From sequence record DRR378314_434: DNA of 64,000 nucleotides; one strand, 5' to 3'. A program made the translations under genes and the position numbers. The notes beneath the pieces were generated by a model that made no database searches, was not told the DNA's origin, and saw only the letters and a program-made list of their open reading frames with translations. Positions 30,728-40,954 of this stretch are shown here, in pieces (the first letter of the stretch is position 1; each line of letters starts with the position of its first letter).

Positions 30728-32452
30728 TTAAGGGAATTCGCTCAGTTTAAATTCATCCTCAAAGCGCTCCTCTTTCAACCGGCCATCCTCGTAAACCGAA
30801 ATTGAAAACGGTTGCCCTGATTGTGTATACGACCAGCTTTTTCCATGTCGCCGGTTTCTTTTATACTCACTGATATTGTATAAAGCTCCCTGGTCACTGA
30901 AGTTGACGACAATACCGTCCAGATAACCTTCACTGTCAAATGACTCAATGCGGCGCAGATAACCTTCTGGAGAGTAAGTTCGCCATTCCCCTACTTTGAC
31001 GCCATCATTATAGCTTCCTTTAGAGGTTTGGTAAGGCGGGTAGCCAAGAGCAACTGTCCACTCTCCCTCGCGTTTTCCCTCGACATACTCGCCTTCAACA
31101 ACGAGCTCACCGTCGGCGTACTCCTGATAACTCCCGTCTAACAAGTCATTTTCATAGTGCTCACGTAAACGCAAATTACCATTTTCACCATAAACTTCAC
31201 GAACACCATCAAGTTTGCCACTGTCGTTATAATGCTCGTTTATCGAACCATAACTGTCCTCTGAGACCCATTCACCAACTTTCTTCCCATGATCATACTC
31301 GCCAGAAGCCGTAATATTTCCGTCTTTATCGGTTACCGTGTAAGTGCCGTCTCGTTTACCTTCAACGAAATGAACTTTTTCCAGTCCATTTCCATATCTG
31401 GAAATATAAAGGCCATGCAAATCATAACCTTTAAGCTCACGGCGGTCTCGCACGTCTCCGTTTTCATCATAGCTTTCAGTTAAACGCCAACTATTATCAA
31501 CGGCCTGGCGGCTTAACCGGGTTAATTGTCCTGAGTCGTTGTACCGTTTCCGCTCATCAACCAGGCCATGTTCGGTAGTTTCAATGTGTTCCCGTGAACG
31601 GGTTAACTGACCATTTTCATCATAACTACGAGACGTCATCAGTTTTCCGTCGTCGTTACGCTCTTCATAGTGCTTTAACTCGCCACTTTTATAGTAAAGC
31701 TTCGTTTCACCTACCCGCTTACGGTTTTTATATTCCTGTGTTCGTTTAACTGAACCATCTTCATAATAGTCAGTCGATAAACCATTAAGCACGCCATCGA
31801 CATAAGACGACTTCTTGACCAGATTGCCGTCGGAATCCCAGCGCTTCCCTATTCCCTGTTGCACATCATCTTTGTATTCCGCTTCATACATGACCTGGCC
31901 ATCTTCATAATAATGACGTTTTAAACCATTACGCTCATCATCTTTCATGGTTTGTTCGGTCAACAAATAACCTGTCGATGCGTAAGTTTTATAGGGGCCA
32001 TTGAGTTCACCATCTTTATAGGTCATCTCTCGCGTTTTACTGCCATTTTTGGCATAAACAGTGGCTTTACCTTGCCGCTCACCGCTAGTATCCCGGTAAC
32101 CTTCCGAGCGTAAACCACCAGATTCAAAGTAGGTCTTATAAGCCCCAATAGCTATCGCTTTATCAAAGTCCAAAGAATCTGAGCCGGTTTCGTAATAAGG
32201 CCCACCATCAATGTAATTGATAAAAAGACGAAAACCATCGTCAGTCTTTTCTACTTTTTTTAATAGGTACTCGGCTTCACTTCTGTCATCGGTTGGCTGT
32301 AGTTCATCATCCAGCCATTTTATTGACTTTTCGGCTTCAGCCACAGTTTTTGGCACGTCGTTATCCTGGCCACTTTGCTCGGCAGAAAAAGCAAAGACAT
32401 TAGACACTATTAAACTAGAAGCGATGGCAAAAAATATCTTACTGAAACTCAT
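30728..32452 (-). CDS. Exported MORN-variant repeat protein (YwqK-like)
   Basis: Signal peptide; many YxxGxxxG..YYxxG repeats along almost the whole protein. Confidence 0.8.
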   Translation of the reverse strand: MSFSKIFFAIASSLIVSNVFAFSAEQSGQDNDVPKTVAEAEKSIKWLDDELQPTDDRSEAEYLLKKVEKTDDGFRLFINYIDGGPYYETGSDSLDFDKAIAIGAYKTYFESGGLRSEGYRDTSGERQGKATVYAKNGSKTREMTYKDGELNGPYKTYASTGYLLTEQTMKDDERNGLKRHYYEDGQVMYEAEYKDDVQQGIGKRWDSDGNLVKKSSYVDGVLNGLSTDYYEDGSVKRTQEYKNRKRVGETKLYYKSGELKHYEERNDDGKLMTSRSYDENGQLTRSREHIETTEHGLVDERKRYNDSGQLTRLSRQAVDNSWRLTESYDENGDVRDRRELKGYDLHGLYISRYGNGLEKVHFVEGKRDGTYTVTDKDGNITASGEYDHGKKVGEWVSEDSYGSINEHYNDSGKLDGVREVYGENGNLRLREHYENDLLDGSYQEYADGELVVEGEYVEGKREGEWTVALGYPPYQTSKGSYNDGVKVGEWRTYSPEGYLRRIESFDSEGYLDGIVVNFSDQGALYNISEYKRNRRHGKSWSYTQSGQPFSISVYEDGRLKEERFEDEFKLSEFP

Positions 32453-34764
32453 TGGTTTGCCTCCTGCAGTGATTCAAAATCGGGCATAGGGGGCAATTGG
32501 TGAGTCCATTCTTTTCTAACCGCATCGCCTTTAGCCACGAGTTGCTCAACTTTGTCTACTCGCCCACCAATGCGTAAAAAACCATCGTCGGACACAAAAT
32601 CTCTAAACTTTGAATCTAAGTAGTCAACAGAATAGCGCTCTCCGTTCTGTGGCAGGACCGCTAGCGCCTCTCCTTTGGCGTTCAAAAAGCGGTACTTTCT
32701 CAAAAAGTCACTCATAGCAACTTCAGCTTGCTGCTCATCCCAGTCTTCCCCCAGCAAAGCGTCAACCGGAATCATCCAGCTGTGCTCACCTAAGCTTATA
32801 TCCACCGGTTGCCATTCTGGTTGCCCGTCGCAACTAAGCCCAACTTCAACTTCGGTATCATAGAAAAAACGCTGCACGCCATCTTCAGTCATTAGTTGGT
32901 AGACCACTTTTTTCGGCATTTTTAAATGCGACACGACATTACGTCTATTCGGGTCAGGGTTTTCTTTCATGGCCAAGTCAGTTTTATTGTCGTCACGATT
33001 AGAAGTGACACTTACCTGACAGACCGCAGATTGCTCAGGAGTTAAGGTCAGATATAACTGTGGGCGGTCAAAGCTTTCCGGTTCTACTTCTTCTAGTTCG
33101 GAAGAGCTAAACTTTAAATCCTGATCATTCACTGATACTTCTCTGGAATCAGACTTAAACAGAGGAACAGTATCAACCGGAGCTATCGTCGTATCGCTTC
33201 TGAGCGTTTCCTCATCATAAAAAGTCACCTTTTTCTCAGAAATTTTATTATCCGTAACACGGTTGAATTTAAGTTCAATCGTCTCAGGCAGTTCGTCCTC
33301 AAAAGCTATTTTTAGAGTCACGGCATAATCGCCTCTTTTTGCAATAGCCAAAGCTCTACTCTCTGCACCGGATACCCAGTCAGGTGCCGATATATCCTTG
33401 TCGTAACTTAAAACCGCGCCACTCACGCCATTAACTTGACTATCAAAGTAGGCGTCATTAGTTGCAGCTAATTTTAGTTCGAAAACTCTCTCGTCTTTGG
33501 TTGGTACCAAAGTAGCTTTGGCACCTTGCATTTCTATGCTCGAACCATCTTTCTTTATGGGAAACTCAACAATTTCGTAGCTTGTTTCATAGCGTTCCAG
33601 AGTCGCTTCTATTGCTCTCATCTGCTCGATATTATCGACGATATCGGTCCACCCTAAAGGAAGAACATTGGCTACCGTTTCCGTGTTTTCATTATTCATA
33701 TCCGTATAGGTAAAGGTTCCATTTTCATGAAGCTCAATATCCAGGGTGTTTCCCTTGCCATCTTTGGCTTTAAGGTCTTTCAATTTTATCGACATCGAGC
33801 CCATACTTTCAAAGCTCACCCCAGGATGGCTATATTTCAAAGAAATACGACCGCCGTATAAATCCATTTGCCCTGAATCATTAGCAAATATTTCGGCGTC
33901 GGTCGCTTGGTTGTTTGGGTTAAGTTCACTAAAGTCCGTATTATCAACTGTAATAGGCTCGTCATAACCTAAGTATTCAAGATCCTGACCATACAACCAT
34001 TCTTCAGGAAATATAGACGTGACCATTCGCATAGAGCCATTGGATGCAGGCACTCCTTCGGGAAGTGGCATATCCATAATCATGGTCAAGCGTTCAGTCC
34101 AGCCGGTCGCACGCTCTAAAATGACATAACCAAAAACACGTGCTTCATCATTTTCGCCAGCCGCGGATAAAGTCACCGTGCTATCGGTAAAGTCTTCAAC
34201 CGTGAAGGTTATTTTAGGTAAAGGGCTTTTTAATTCGATTACCTGTGTGGCGCCTTTCTCCACCTTTAAACCAGTTATAAAACCTGGGCGCCCGAACTCG
34301 TCGTTTAATATTTCCTGCAGAGGATCTATTCCCTGCTTACGAAAGTCTTCCGGTTCCTCGTGAATGATAAAATCCACCATTGCGCTGGTGTCTTTATCAA
34401 TATCAACAGTAAATCCGGCATCCATCATTTTCCGAATGCTATCACCGGAGCTGCCGCGCCCCTCGTCTTCAAAGCTTGTGAAATCTCCTTGCGGATACTC
34501 CATTCGCATATACTGAGGTTTCATTCTTATGCTGTAGACATCGGATTTATCGGACACTTCATAGTCCAGTAACATCATAGTTTTGAGTCTTTCTGAACGT
34601 TTACCGTAACTGCTCTCAACTTTGATGTTGGTATCTGAGTAAAGTTGGTAACGTCGCTGTTCACCGTCCTCTGGTTTAAACGATAAGGTCGTTGGAGGGC
34701 CGCTTTCAGAACAAGCTACAACAAGAAGAGCTGAAAAAGCCAAGAGTGATAGACGCCCTAACAT
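32449..34764 (-). CDS. Large hypothetical lipoprotein
   Basis: Lipobox VVAC; 771 aa, acidic; ATGA overlap with the MORN gene. Confidence 0.75.
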   Translation of the reverse strand: MLGRLSLLAFSALLVVACSESGPPTTLSFKPEDGEQRRYQLYSDTNIKVESSYGKRSERLKTMMLLDYEVSDKSDVYSIRMKPQYMRMEYPQGDFTSFEDEGRGSSGDSIRKMMDAGFTVDIDKDTSAMVDFIIHEEPEDFRKQGIDPLQEILNDEFGRPGFITGLKVEKGATQVIELKSPLPKITFTVEDFTDSTVTLSAAGENDEARVFGYVILERATGWTERLTMIMDMPLPEGVPASNGSMRMVTSIFPEEWLYGQDLEYLGYDEPITVDNTDFSELNPNNQATDAEIFANDSGQMDLYGGRISLKYSHPGVSFESMGSMSIKLKDLKAKDGKGNTLDIELHENGTFTYTDMNNENTETVANVLPLGWTDIVDNIEQMRAIEATLERYETSYEIVEFPIKKDGSSIEMQGAKATLVPTKDERVFELKLAATNDAYFDSQVNGVSGAVLSYDKDISAPDWVSGAESRALAIAKRGDYAVTLKIAFEDELPETIELKFNRVTDNKISEKKVTFYDEETLRSDTTIAPVDTVPLFKSDSREVSVNDQDLKFSSSELEEVEPESFDRPQLYLTLTPEQSAVCQVSVTSNRDDNKTDLAMKENPDPNRRNVVSHLKMPKKVVYQLMTEDGVQRFFYDTEVEVGLSCDGQPEWQPVDISLGEHSWMIPVDALLGEDWDEQQAEVAMSDFLRKYRFLNAKGEALAVLPQNGERYSVDYLDSKFRDFVSDDGFLRIGGRVDKVEQLVAKGDAVRKEWTHQLPPMPDFESLQEANQ

Positions 34765-34891
34765 AAGCTTCCTTAAAATTTATAAACGAGTATGAATAAA
34801 GTCATATGATAAGCAGTATTAAATCGTGGCTCAATACAAGCCTCCCAGTCTTAACGGATTCTTTACACTAATAAGTAAATTAACTGATTAT

Positions 34892-35242
34892 TTAGTATGA
34901 CCAGTTGCCCTGCTCTTCCACCAGAACATCTTCATTATTTTGAATAACCTGAAGCAAACCTGATTCAAAGACTTTATAAGTCATATTCCCGTTTTTAAAT
35001 TGATACCCCTGAAAGCGGCATGGTGTCACTCCGTCAGCACAAAGTGAGTGAAGAGTTTTACCTTTAAGCTCTATGCGGTTACCTGATATTTTCGAGACTC
35101 CGACATAACTCACGTTATCGCATGTGACAGAGCCTTCCTGACAGTGACGCTCAATTTCAACAATATAGTGTTCTGTTGTCAGCGTATCTCCGAATGCTGC
35201 ACCAGATAATATGAATACACTTAATAAAATAAATTTTTTCAT
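34892..35242 (-). CDS. Small exported hypothetical protein with four Cys
   Basis: Signal peptide; CQEGSVTCDNV and CADGVTPCRF. Confidence 0.7.
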   Translation of the reverse strand: MKKFILLSVFILSGAAFGDTLTTEHYIVEIERHCQEGSVTCDNVSYVGVSKISGNRIELKGKTLHSLCADGVTPCRFQGYQFKNGNMTYKVFESGLLQVIQNNEDVLVEEQGNWSY

Positions 35243-36403
35243 CTACTTTTCCCTGCTGACATTACTCAGAAAATAATACCCGACTAAACCAATTAACAAG
35301 CCCCAGAATGAGCTATTAATACCTAAGAAATTGACGCCAGATGCTGTAACAATAAAAGCCATAACCGAAGCGAGCAAAGTCTCCTCATGACTAAACGCCT
35401 GCCGAAAGTTAACCGCAAGCACCGGTAACAGAGCTAAACCAGCCAGGGCCGACGTTGCTTCGGTTGGTAAAGCCAGAAACAACCCAACAATTAATGAGCC
35501 GGCAAGCCCGGCAATGATATAAAAAACGCCTGCAGCCATAGCCGCTTTATAGCGCTGACTGCGGTCAGTGTCGGCGTCTGTGGTTTGACAGATAGCGGCG
35601 GTAATTGCGGCCAGGTTTATCGCGAAAACTCCGAGTGGAGCCATAATAACGCCGAATAACCCAGTCACCCGTAACAGCGGCGACAGGGGCACCGCATAGC
35701 CGTTAGTGCGCAACATCATAATGCCCGGGAGGTTCTGGGAAACCATAGTGACAACATACAAAGGAATGCCAACCCCAACTAGTAAAGAGAAGTTGAAATC
35801 AGGCCATACCCATACCCAATCTGGAGCGGAGACAATCAATTGGCTTGCATCAAACTGCTTCGTCAGTACCGGCAAGCCCACTGCAGCCAGCAACACCCAG
35901 AAAAAAACCAGCTTAGGTGTCAGCTTCCGCATCACAAAATAAACAATGACTAAGGTTGCGGTAATTAAAGGTTGATTATCAAAAGCCGGAACTAAAGCAA
36001 GCACAAACTTAAGTAAAATACCGGCCAATATAGCCGCCGCTATTTCGACCGGAATGTATTTTAAAAGCCGGTCAGAAATACCGCTTAAGCCGCTAAGTAA
36101 AATTAAACCCGATGAAAAAATAAAAATACCAACTGCCTCGGCGACTGAAACACCGGCAAGGGCAATAATGAGCAGAGCCACACCGGGTGTGGACCAGGCA
36201 GTCAATATCGGAGCTTTGTATCGCCACGACAAAATAATACTGCTTAGCCCCATAGCTAAACCTAAAGCCAGCAACCAGGAACTCTGCAACGCCACCGAGC
36301 CGTTAAGGCTTTTTACGGCTTCCAGAATTAAAACAACCGCACTGCTGTAACCAACAAAAACAGCTGTCGCCCCAGCCATAATATGAGAAATAGAAAACCT
36401 CAT
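35243..36403 (-). CDS. benE: BenE-family benzoate/H+ symporter
   Basis: PILTAWSTPG, VTMVSQNLPG, NLAAITAAIC. Confidence 0.85.
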   Translation of the reverse strand: MRFSISHIMAGATAVFVGYSSAVVLILEAVKSLNGSVALQSSWLLALGLAMGLSSIILSWRYKAPILTAWSTPGVALLIIALAGVSVAEAVGIFIFSSGLILLSGLSGISDRLLKYIPVEIAAAILAGILLKFVLALVPAFDNQPLITATLVIVYFVMRKLTPKLVFFWVLLAAVGLPVLTKQFDASQLIVSAPDWVWVWPDFNFSLLVGVGIPLYVVTMVSQNLPGIMMLRTNGYAVPLSPLLRVTGLFGVIMAPLGVFAINLAAITAAICQTTDADTDRSQRYKAAMAAGVFYIIAGLAGSLIVGLFLALPTEATSALAGLALLPVLAVNFRQAFSHEETLLASVMAFIVTASGVNFLGINSSFWGLLIGLVGYYFLSNVSREK

Positions 36404-36423
36404 GGCACTTCCTTGTGGTCTGT

Positions 36424-37218
36424 TTATATTGCTTCGTTTCTTCTTCGTATTTTAATTTTATTAATTGAGGCCACTAATACAAAGCTCAGTAGCATCAATA
36501 AAAACCAGGAGCTTAATTTGGCAAGCGGTACCATTTGCCACTCGCTGGCCTGGTTCGGATAAATCCAGATATTGGCATAAGTGGCAATATTTTCAGCAAA
36601 CCAGATAAATAGCGCAACCAGGAACCATCCCAGTAAAAGAGGCATACTACGATGCGTTCTATTAATTTTGTAATAAATAGCTGTCCGATAAAACAGAAAG
36701 AATGTAAAAGCCAGTAAAACCCAGCGCATATCCCAAATATAGTGGTGACTAAAAAAGTTGATATAAACCAGAGTCACCAAAACTAAGGTTAAAGCCTTGG
36801 GCGGATAATAAGAATATTCAAATTCGAAGATACGCCAGACCCGAGCAATATAGCTGCCGACGGCACTATACATAAACCCCGTAAATAACGGCACGTTGGC
36901 AATACCAAATACATAATCTTCAGGATAAACCCAGGCACCTATTGCGTCGGAGGTTTTAAACAGCTCCATAACCGTTGCTACAATATGGAAAACCAGAATG
37001 ACAACGCATTCACGCAGAGTCTCAAGCCTGAAGACTAGAAGAAGAATTTGAAAGCCGATGGCGGCCAGGAAAATGAAGTCGTAACGATGTAATGCTTCCA
37101 GCGGATACCAGAACTTGGTTATCAGCATGAGTGCCAGTAAAAAACCACCGAAAACACAGGCGTAAGCTTGTTTTACACCAAATAACCACAGTTCCTTTGC
37201 AAACGTTTTGATGTCCAT
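36424..37218 (-). CDS. DUF817 (YoaT-like) membrane protein
   Basis: [44 protein letters not shown] at 37218. Confidence 0.85.
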   Translation of the reverse strand: MDIKTFAKELWLFGVKQAYACVFGGFLLALMLITKFWYPLEALHRYDFIFLAAIGFQILLLVFRLETLRECVVILVFHIVATVMELFKTSDAIGAWVYPEDYVFGIANVPLFTGFMYSAVGSYIARVWRIFEFEYSYYPPKALTLVLVTLVYINFFSHHYIWDMRWVLLAFTFFLFYRTAIYYKINRTHRSMPLLLGWFLVALFIWFAENIATYANIWIYPNQASEWQMVPLAKLSSWFLLMLLSFVLVASINKIKIRRRNEAI

Positions 37219-37242
37219 ATCTTCAATCCAGAGAATTAAGAA

Positions 37243-37275
37243 CAGGTAAGGCACTGAATAATAGTGCCTTACCTG
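37243..37275 (-). terminator. Strong hairpin, terminator of the relic gene upstream
   Basis: CAGGTAAGGCACT-N7-AGTGCCTTACCTG perfect 13-bp stem, followed by TTCTT on minus. Confidence 0.75.
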
Positions 37276-37283
37276 CTGGCAAT

Positions 37284-37361
37284 TTAGAAGCTAATGGTAA
37301 CACCAAACCAGAAGTTTCTGGCTTTATCTTTCACCTTGTGAACATCCATAAAAACAACTTC
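37284..37361 (-). pseudogene. 3' remnant of a TonB-dependent receptor gene
   Basis: Minus frame reads [25 protein letters not shown], a TBDR-like last beta-strand with terminal Phe. An in-frame stop lies 10 codons upstream of this segment. Confidence 0.6.
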
Positions 37362-37467
37362 ACTAAAGACACCTGGTCGATGACATACTCAAACAAATTA
37401 AAGCGAGCTAAATCCGTTTTTTTTTCGTAGAAGAAGAACCTGTATTTAAAGTATCTGGAGTGTAGTT

Positions 37468-38136
37468 TTGACGAATTTGGCTTTTGACGTTTATGGCACG
37501 CTTATCGACGCACAAGGTGTGGTTTCAACATTAAGTTCATACCTTGGCACAGACAAAGCAAAGAGTTTTTCCAGTCGTTGGCGTGATAAGCAATTAGAAT
37601 ATTCTTTTCGTCGCGGGCTTATGCGGCAATATCAGGACTTTGCAATTTGCACTAAGGAAGCCCTGGAGTTTACCAACATCGAATATGGTTCACCCTTAAA
37701 TGAAGAGCAAAAAGAAGACTTGCTTGATACCTATACGCGCCTGCCCGCATTTGATGATGCCAAGGCGGCGCTTAGCAAGTTGAGCTTATCGGGTATGGGC
37801 TGCTTTGCTTTTTCCAATGGCAGCCAGGAGGCCGTTTCCGGGTTACTGGAGAAAGCCGAATTAAGCAGCTATTTTAGTGAGGTTATAAGCTGCAAAGACA
37901 TTAAAAGCTTCAAGCCTGACCCCGAGGTTTATCAACATTTTCTTGATAAAACAGGAGGTCAGGCTGAGAGTACCTGGCTTATCTCCAGTAACAGTTTTGA
38001 CATTATTGGGGCTAATGCCGCTGGCTGGAAAACCGCCTGGGTAAAACGGACTAAAGAGGCTCAGTTTGACCCGTGGGGAGTTGAGCCTACCATTACCGTA
38101 GGCTCGCTTTCGCAGCTGATTGAAAATATAAAATAG
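37468..38136 (+). CDS. Haloacid dehalogenase type II (HAD)
   Basis: FDVYGTL, WRDKQLEY, FSNG, KPDPEVY, SSNSFD; TTG start after GGAG. Confidence 0.88.
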   Translation: MTNLAFDVYGTLIDAQGVVSTLSSYLGTDKAKSFSSRWRDKQLEYSFRRGLMRQYQDFAICTKEALEFTNIEYGSPLNEEQKEDLLDTYTRLPAFDDAKAALSKLSLSGMGCFAFSNGSQEAVSGLLEKAELSSYFSEVISCKDIKSFKPDPEVYQHFLDKTGGQAESTWLISSNSFDIIGANAAGWKTAWVKRTKEAQFDPWGVEPTITVGSLSQLIENIK

Positions 38137-38139
38137 GGT

Positions 38140-40191
38140 TTAAAACTCGTACGACAGTTCAAAGCGAACGGTTCTTGGCTCCATCACATGATAATGCAAG
38201 TCTTCCACACCGGTTGCCGGCTCGCCCGGCAACCGCGATGCGTAAAAGTAGTCTATGTCATGATCATTGCTGTCAAACACATTAAGAACCTGTAAGTTTA
38301 CCGCCCATGCGTTCCACTTTTTACCCAGCATAAAGTTTACAACCGTCGAGCTGTCGGAACGCTCTGAATTATCTTCAACCAACGGGCGCTCTCCTAAATA
38401 GCGTAGACGAACCGTTGAAAACCAGTTGTCATCAAAGCGTTTTGTCACGCCCAGTTGAAGAATGTCTTCCATAGCACCGGGTATTTCCGGTTCAAGTACA
38501 TTGCCGTCATCAAACTCAGCATCTGTATAAGCGTATTCAAGATCAAAGCTTAGCTGGTCGCTGTAATTGTAATAAGCAGCCAGTTCGATGCCCTGTCGTT
38601 TTGATGGACGGCTGGCTTCTGTATTACCAGCGTCTCCCACAAACAATAACTCGCTGTCCTGTTCTAATGACCACAGTGCCAGTGAACTGTTAAATTTCGC
38701 ACTAGGCCGCCAACGCACGCCAACTTCGTAACCAAAGGTTCTGACCAACGGATCAACCGAATCTACAGCGTCACCATTATTCGGATCAACACTTATCACC
38801 GTGCCTCGTGCGTCGTTGGAATGAAAACCCTGCCCGGCTGACAGATACAACTCCGCGTCGTCAGTTAATAAGTAGTTCGCACTTCCTTTAAAAGACCAGA
38901 GGTCATCCGAAGTTTGACCGTTGTTCGGAGCAAGTGCCACGTTATAGATATTGGTATCAAGTAAGGAGTTAACGTCAAAATCAAAGTAGTCATAGCGCAA
39001 TGAAAGGTTGGTTCTCAGCCTGCTGGTCCACTGATAGTCGTAACTGGCATAAACGCCGGTGCTCCATTCGTTAACCTTGTCGCTTCTTACCGTTCCAAGC
39101 CTTTCACGTTGTTGCGACTTGTGCAGGCCGACTTCGCCAATGTCGTCGTAGCGGGTCGAGAAGCCCAGAGTCAGGTTGTCATCCGGATGCCAGCTACCTG
39201 ATGCTCCGTAAATTTTTCTGTCATCAACTTGTTCAAACTGGTCGCCCAGCACAGGATCATCAAGGTAATACGTGAAGTTTGAGAATAACGACAACTCGTA
39301 GTCGATAATATAGGTAGTTAGCGCGTAATCGGCCGTTGTGTAAATGGCATTGACGCTGTATCGGTGCGTTTTTCCGCCCAGAGTGTCATCAATAGAGCCC
39401 AGCTCGTCAATAATACCCTGATTAACCGCTCGTGCAGGAATTTGGTCAGCACTGTTCCACTCGTTTTCGTAACCCATAGCTCCGAAAGTAAGAACGCCCT
39501 CAGAAGTACGGATGCTGTGACGTACTACCGCATTGATTTTATCAACGTCCTCGTCAATATCCGTCCAGGGGCCATCATAAGTCTGGTACTCAAGCCCGTA
39601 TAATGTCGTGTTAGTACTGTTCTGAGAAACGCTGTCAGCCAGCAAAACCCGCTGGTAGGCGTCTTCGCCCAGGCTCACTTTTGCAAGGCCTTTTTTCCGC
39701 TTCATCTGGGTACTAAAACCCACGCTGCCGGCACTGGAAAAGTCGCCCACGTCGCTGTGATAAGAACCTTTCTGATAGGTCACCTGTTCAATCAGCTCAG
39801 GAATCAGAAAGTTAATATCGGTATAGCCGTGACCGTGTCCATGAGTTGGCATATTAACCGGCATACCATCAACATAAGTGGCGAAATCGGTGCCGTGGTC
39901 AAGGTTGAAGCCACGTAAAAAGTACTGGTTCGCTTTGCCGCTGCCACTGTGCTGAGTTGCACTCATTCCCGGAATCAGTTCCATTAACTCGCCGGTGCGC
40001 AACATAGGTCTAATTTCTATTTCAGGTTGCCCCAGCACACCTTCAGAAGCAGACATGGCCTGCCCCAGCAAATTCGCCTGATGCCCTGAAACTAATATTC
40101 GTTCAATACCATCGTGCGCAGTTGCCTGCCCAGAGTTAAACAAAGCACCTGAAACAACCACAGAAAGAAACGCGAGCTTAAAAGTCTTCAT
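38140..40191 (-). CDS. TonB-dependent receptor with His-rich plug
   Basis: QHSGSGKANQYFLRGFNLDHGTDF, MPTHGHGHGY; C-terminal PRTVRFELSYEF. Confidence 0.9.
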   Translation of the reverse strand: MKTFKLAFLSVVVSGALFNSGQATAHDGIERILVSGHQANLLGQAMSASEGVLGQPEIEIRPMLRTGELMELIPGMSATQHSGSGKANQYFLRGFNLDHGTDFATYVDGMPVNMPTHGHGHGYTDINFLIPELIEQVTYQKGSYHSDVGDFSSAGSVGFSTQMKRKKGLAKVSLGEDAYQRVLLADSVSQNSTNTTLYGLEYQTYDGPWTDIDEDVDKINAVVRHSIRTSEGVLTFGAMGYENEWNSADQIPARAVNQGIIDELGSIDDTLGGKTHRYSVNAIYTTADYALTTYIIDYELSLFSNFTYYLDDPVLGDQFEQVDDRKIYGASGSWHPDDNLTLGFSTRYDDIGEVGLHKSQQRERLGTVRSDKVNEWSTGVYASYDYQWTSRLRTNLSLRYDYFDFDVNSLLDTNIYNVALAPNNGQTSDDLWSFKGSANYLLTDDAELYLSAGQGFHSNDARGTVISVDPNNGDAVDSVDPLVRTFGYEVGVRWRPSAKFNSSLALWSLEQDSELLFVGDAGNTEASRPSKRQGIELAAYYNYSDQLSFDLEYAYTDAEFDDGNVLEPEIPGAMEDILQLGVTKRFDDNWFSTVRLRYLGERPLVEDNSERSDSSTVVNFMLGKKWNAWAVNLQVLNVFDSNDHDIDYFYASRLPGEPATGVEDLHYHVMEPRTVRFELSYEF

Positions 40192-40289
40192 TGACGGAGT
40201 TATCCCTTCTCAAAATTTTTCGCAGTTTACCTTACTGAAAGCGCTCGCGGTGAAAATTTGAGAGCAAAAGACTGAATCTGGCGACAAAG

Positions 40290-40835
40290 TTAAAAACTGG
40301 ATCCCGGCTGCTTAAGGAAGGCTTCCTCTTCAGAGGTGGATTCACGACCTAATATGGCATTTCGGTGCGGGTAACGGCCAAAGCGATCAATAATCTCTTT
40401 ATGTCTCACTTCGAACTGATAGTTGTTTTCAAGGCCTGACTGATCGAAAAGCTCAATAGCCTGCTGGTGAATCAACTTCGACTCACTGTGCATATAGGGC
40501 ATGTATAAAAAAGACTTTTCATGGGATTCTAACGATTCGTCTGCACACTGAGCTACTGCTTCCTGCGCCAGCACCAAAGCTATAGCGTCCTGTGCAAAGG
40601 CTTTCGGCGTATCCCGATAGATATTGCGCGAAAATTGATCGAGTACAATAATCTCGGCTAAACGACCTTTTTCAGTCCCACGCCAATGCCAAAGCTCACC
40701 TTTTTCAGCAGCTTCCAAGGTGTCAGAAAACCGCTTCTTAATAGATTTATCCAGCTCGTCACTTTTGACGAACCATTGCTTTGGCGTCAGTTCATTGAAC
40801 CAGAATTCGATAACCTCGTTCGCTTTAGCAACCAT
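40290..40835 (-). CDS. DUF924 family protein
   Basis: IIVLDQFSRNIYR, YMPYMHSE, RFGRYPHRN. Confidence 0.9.
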   Translation of the reverse strand: MVAKANEVIEFWFNELTPKQWFVKSDELDKSIKKRFSDTLEAAEKGELWHWRGTEKGRLAEIIVLDQFSRNIYRDTPKAFAQDAIALVLAQEAVAQCADESLESHEKSFLYMPYMHSESKLIHQQAIELFDQSGLENNYQFEVRHKEIIDRFGRYPHRNAILGRESTSEEEAFLKQPGSSF

Positions 40836-40874
40836 ATAAAGTCTCCAAAAATTAAATTAAACACCGATAACGCA

Positions 40875-40893
40875 AATGATAATGGTTTTCATT
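40875..40893. promoter_or_regulatory. Fur box
   Basis: AATGATAATGGTTTTCATT, 16/19 match to consensus, upstream of the PepSY-TM operon. Confidence 0.85.
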
Positions 40894-40954
40894 AATATAA
40901 ATTCTGTGGTTTAATACTGCTCTGACAAAAACTAAACAAATCACTTTTACTATT

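Noticed and set aside
30728-32452. Toxin-antitoxin locus implied by the YwqK-like repeats
   Set aside because: No adjacent toxin-like gene, and the protein carries a signal peptide.
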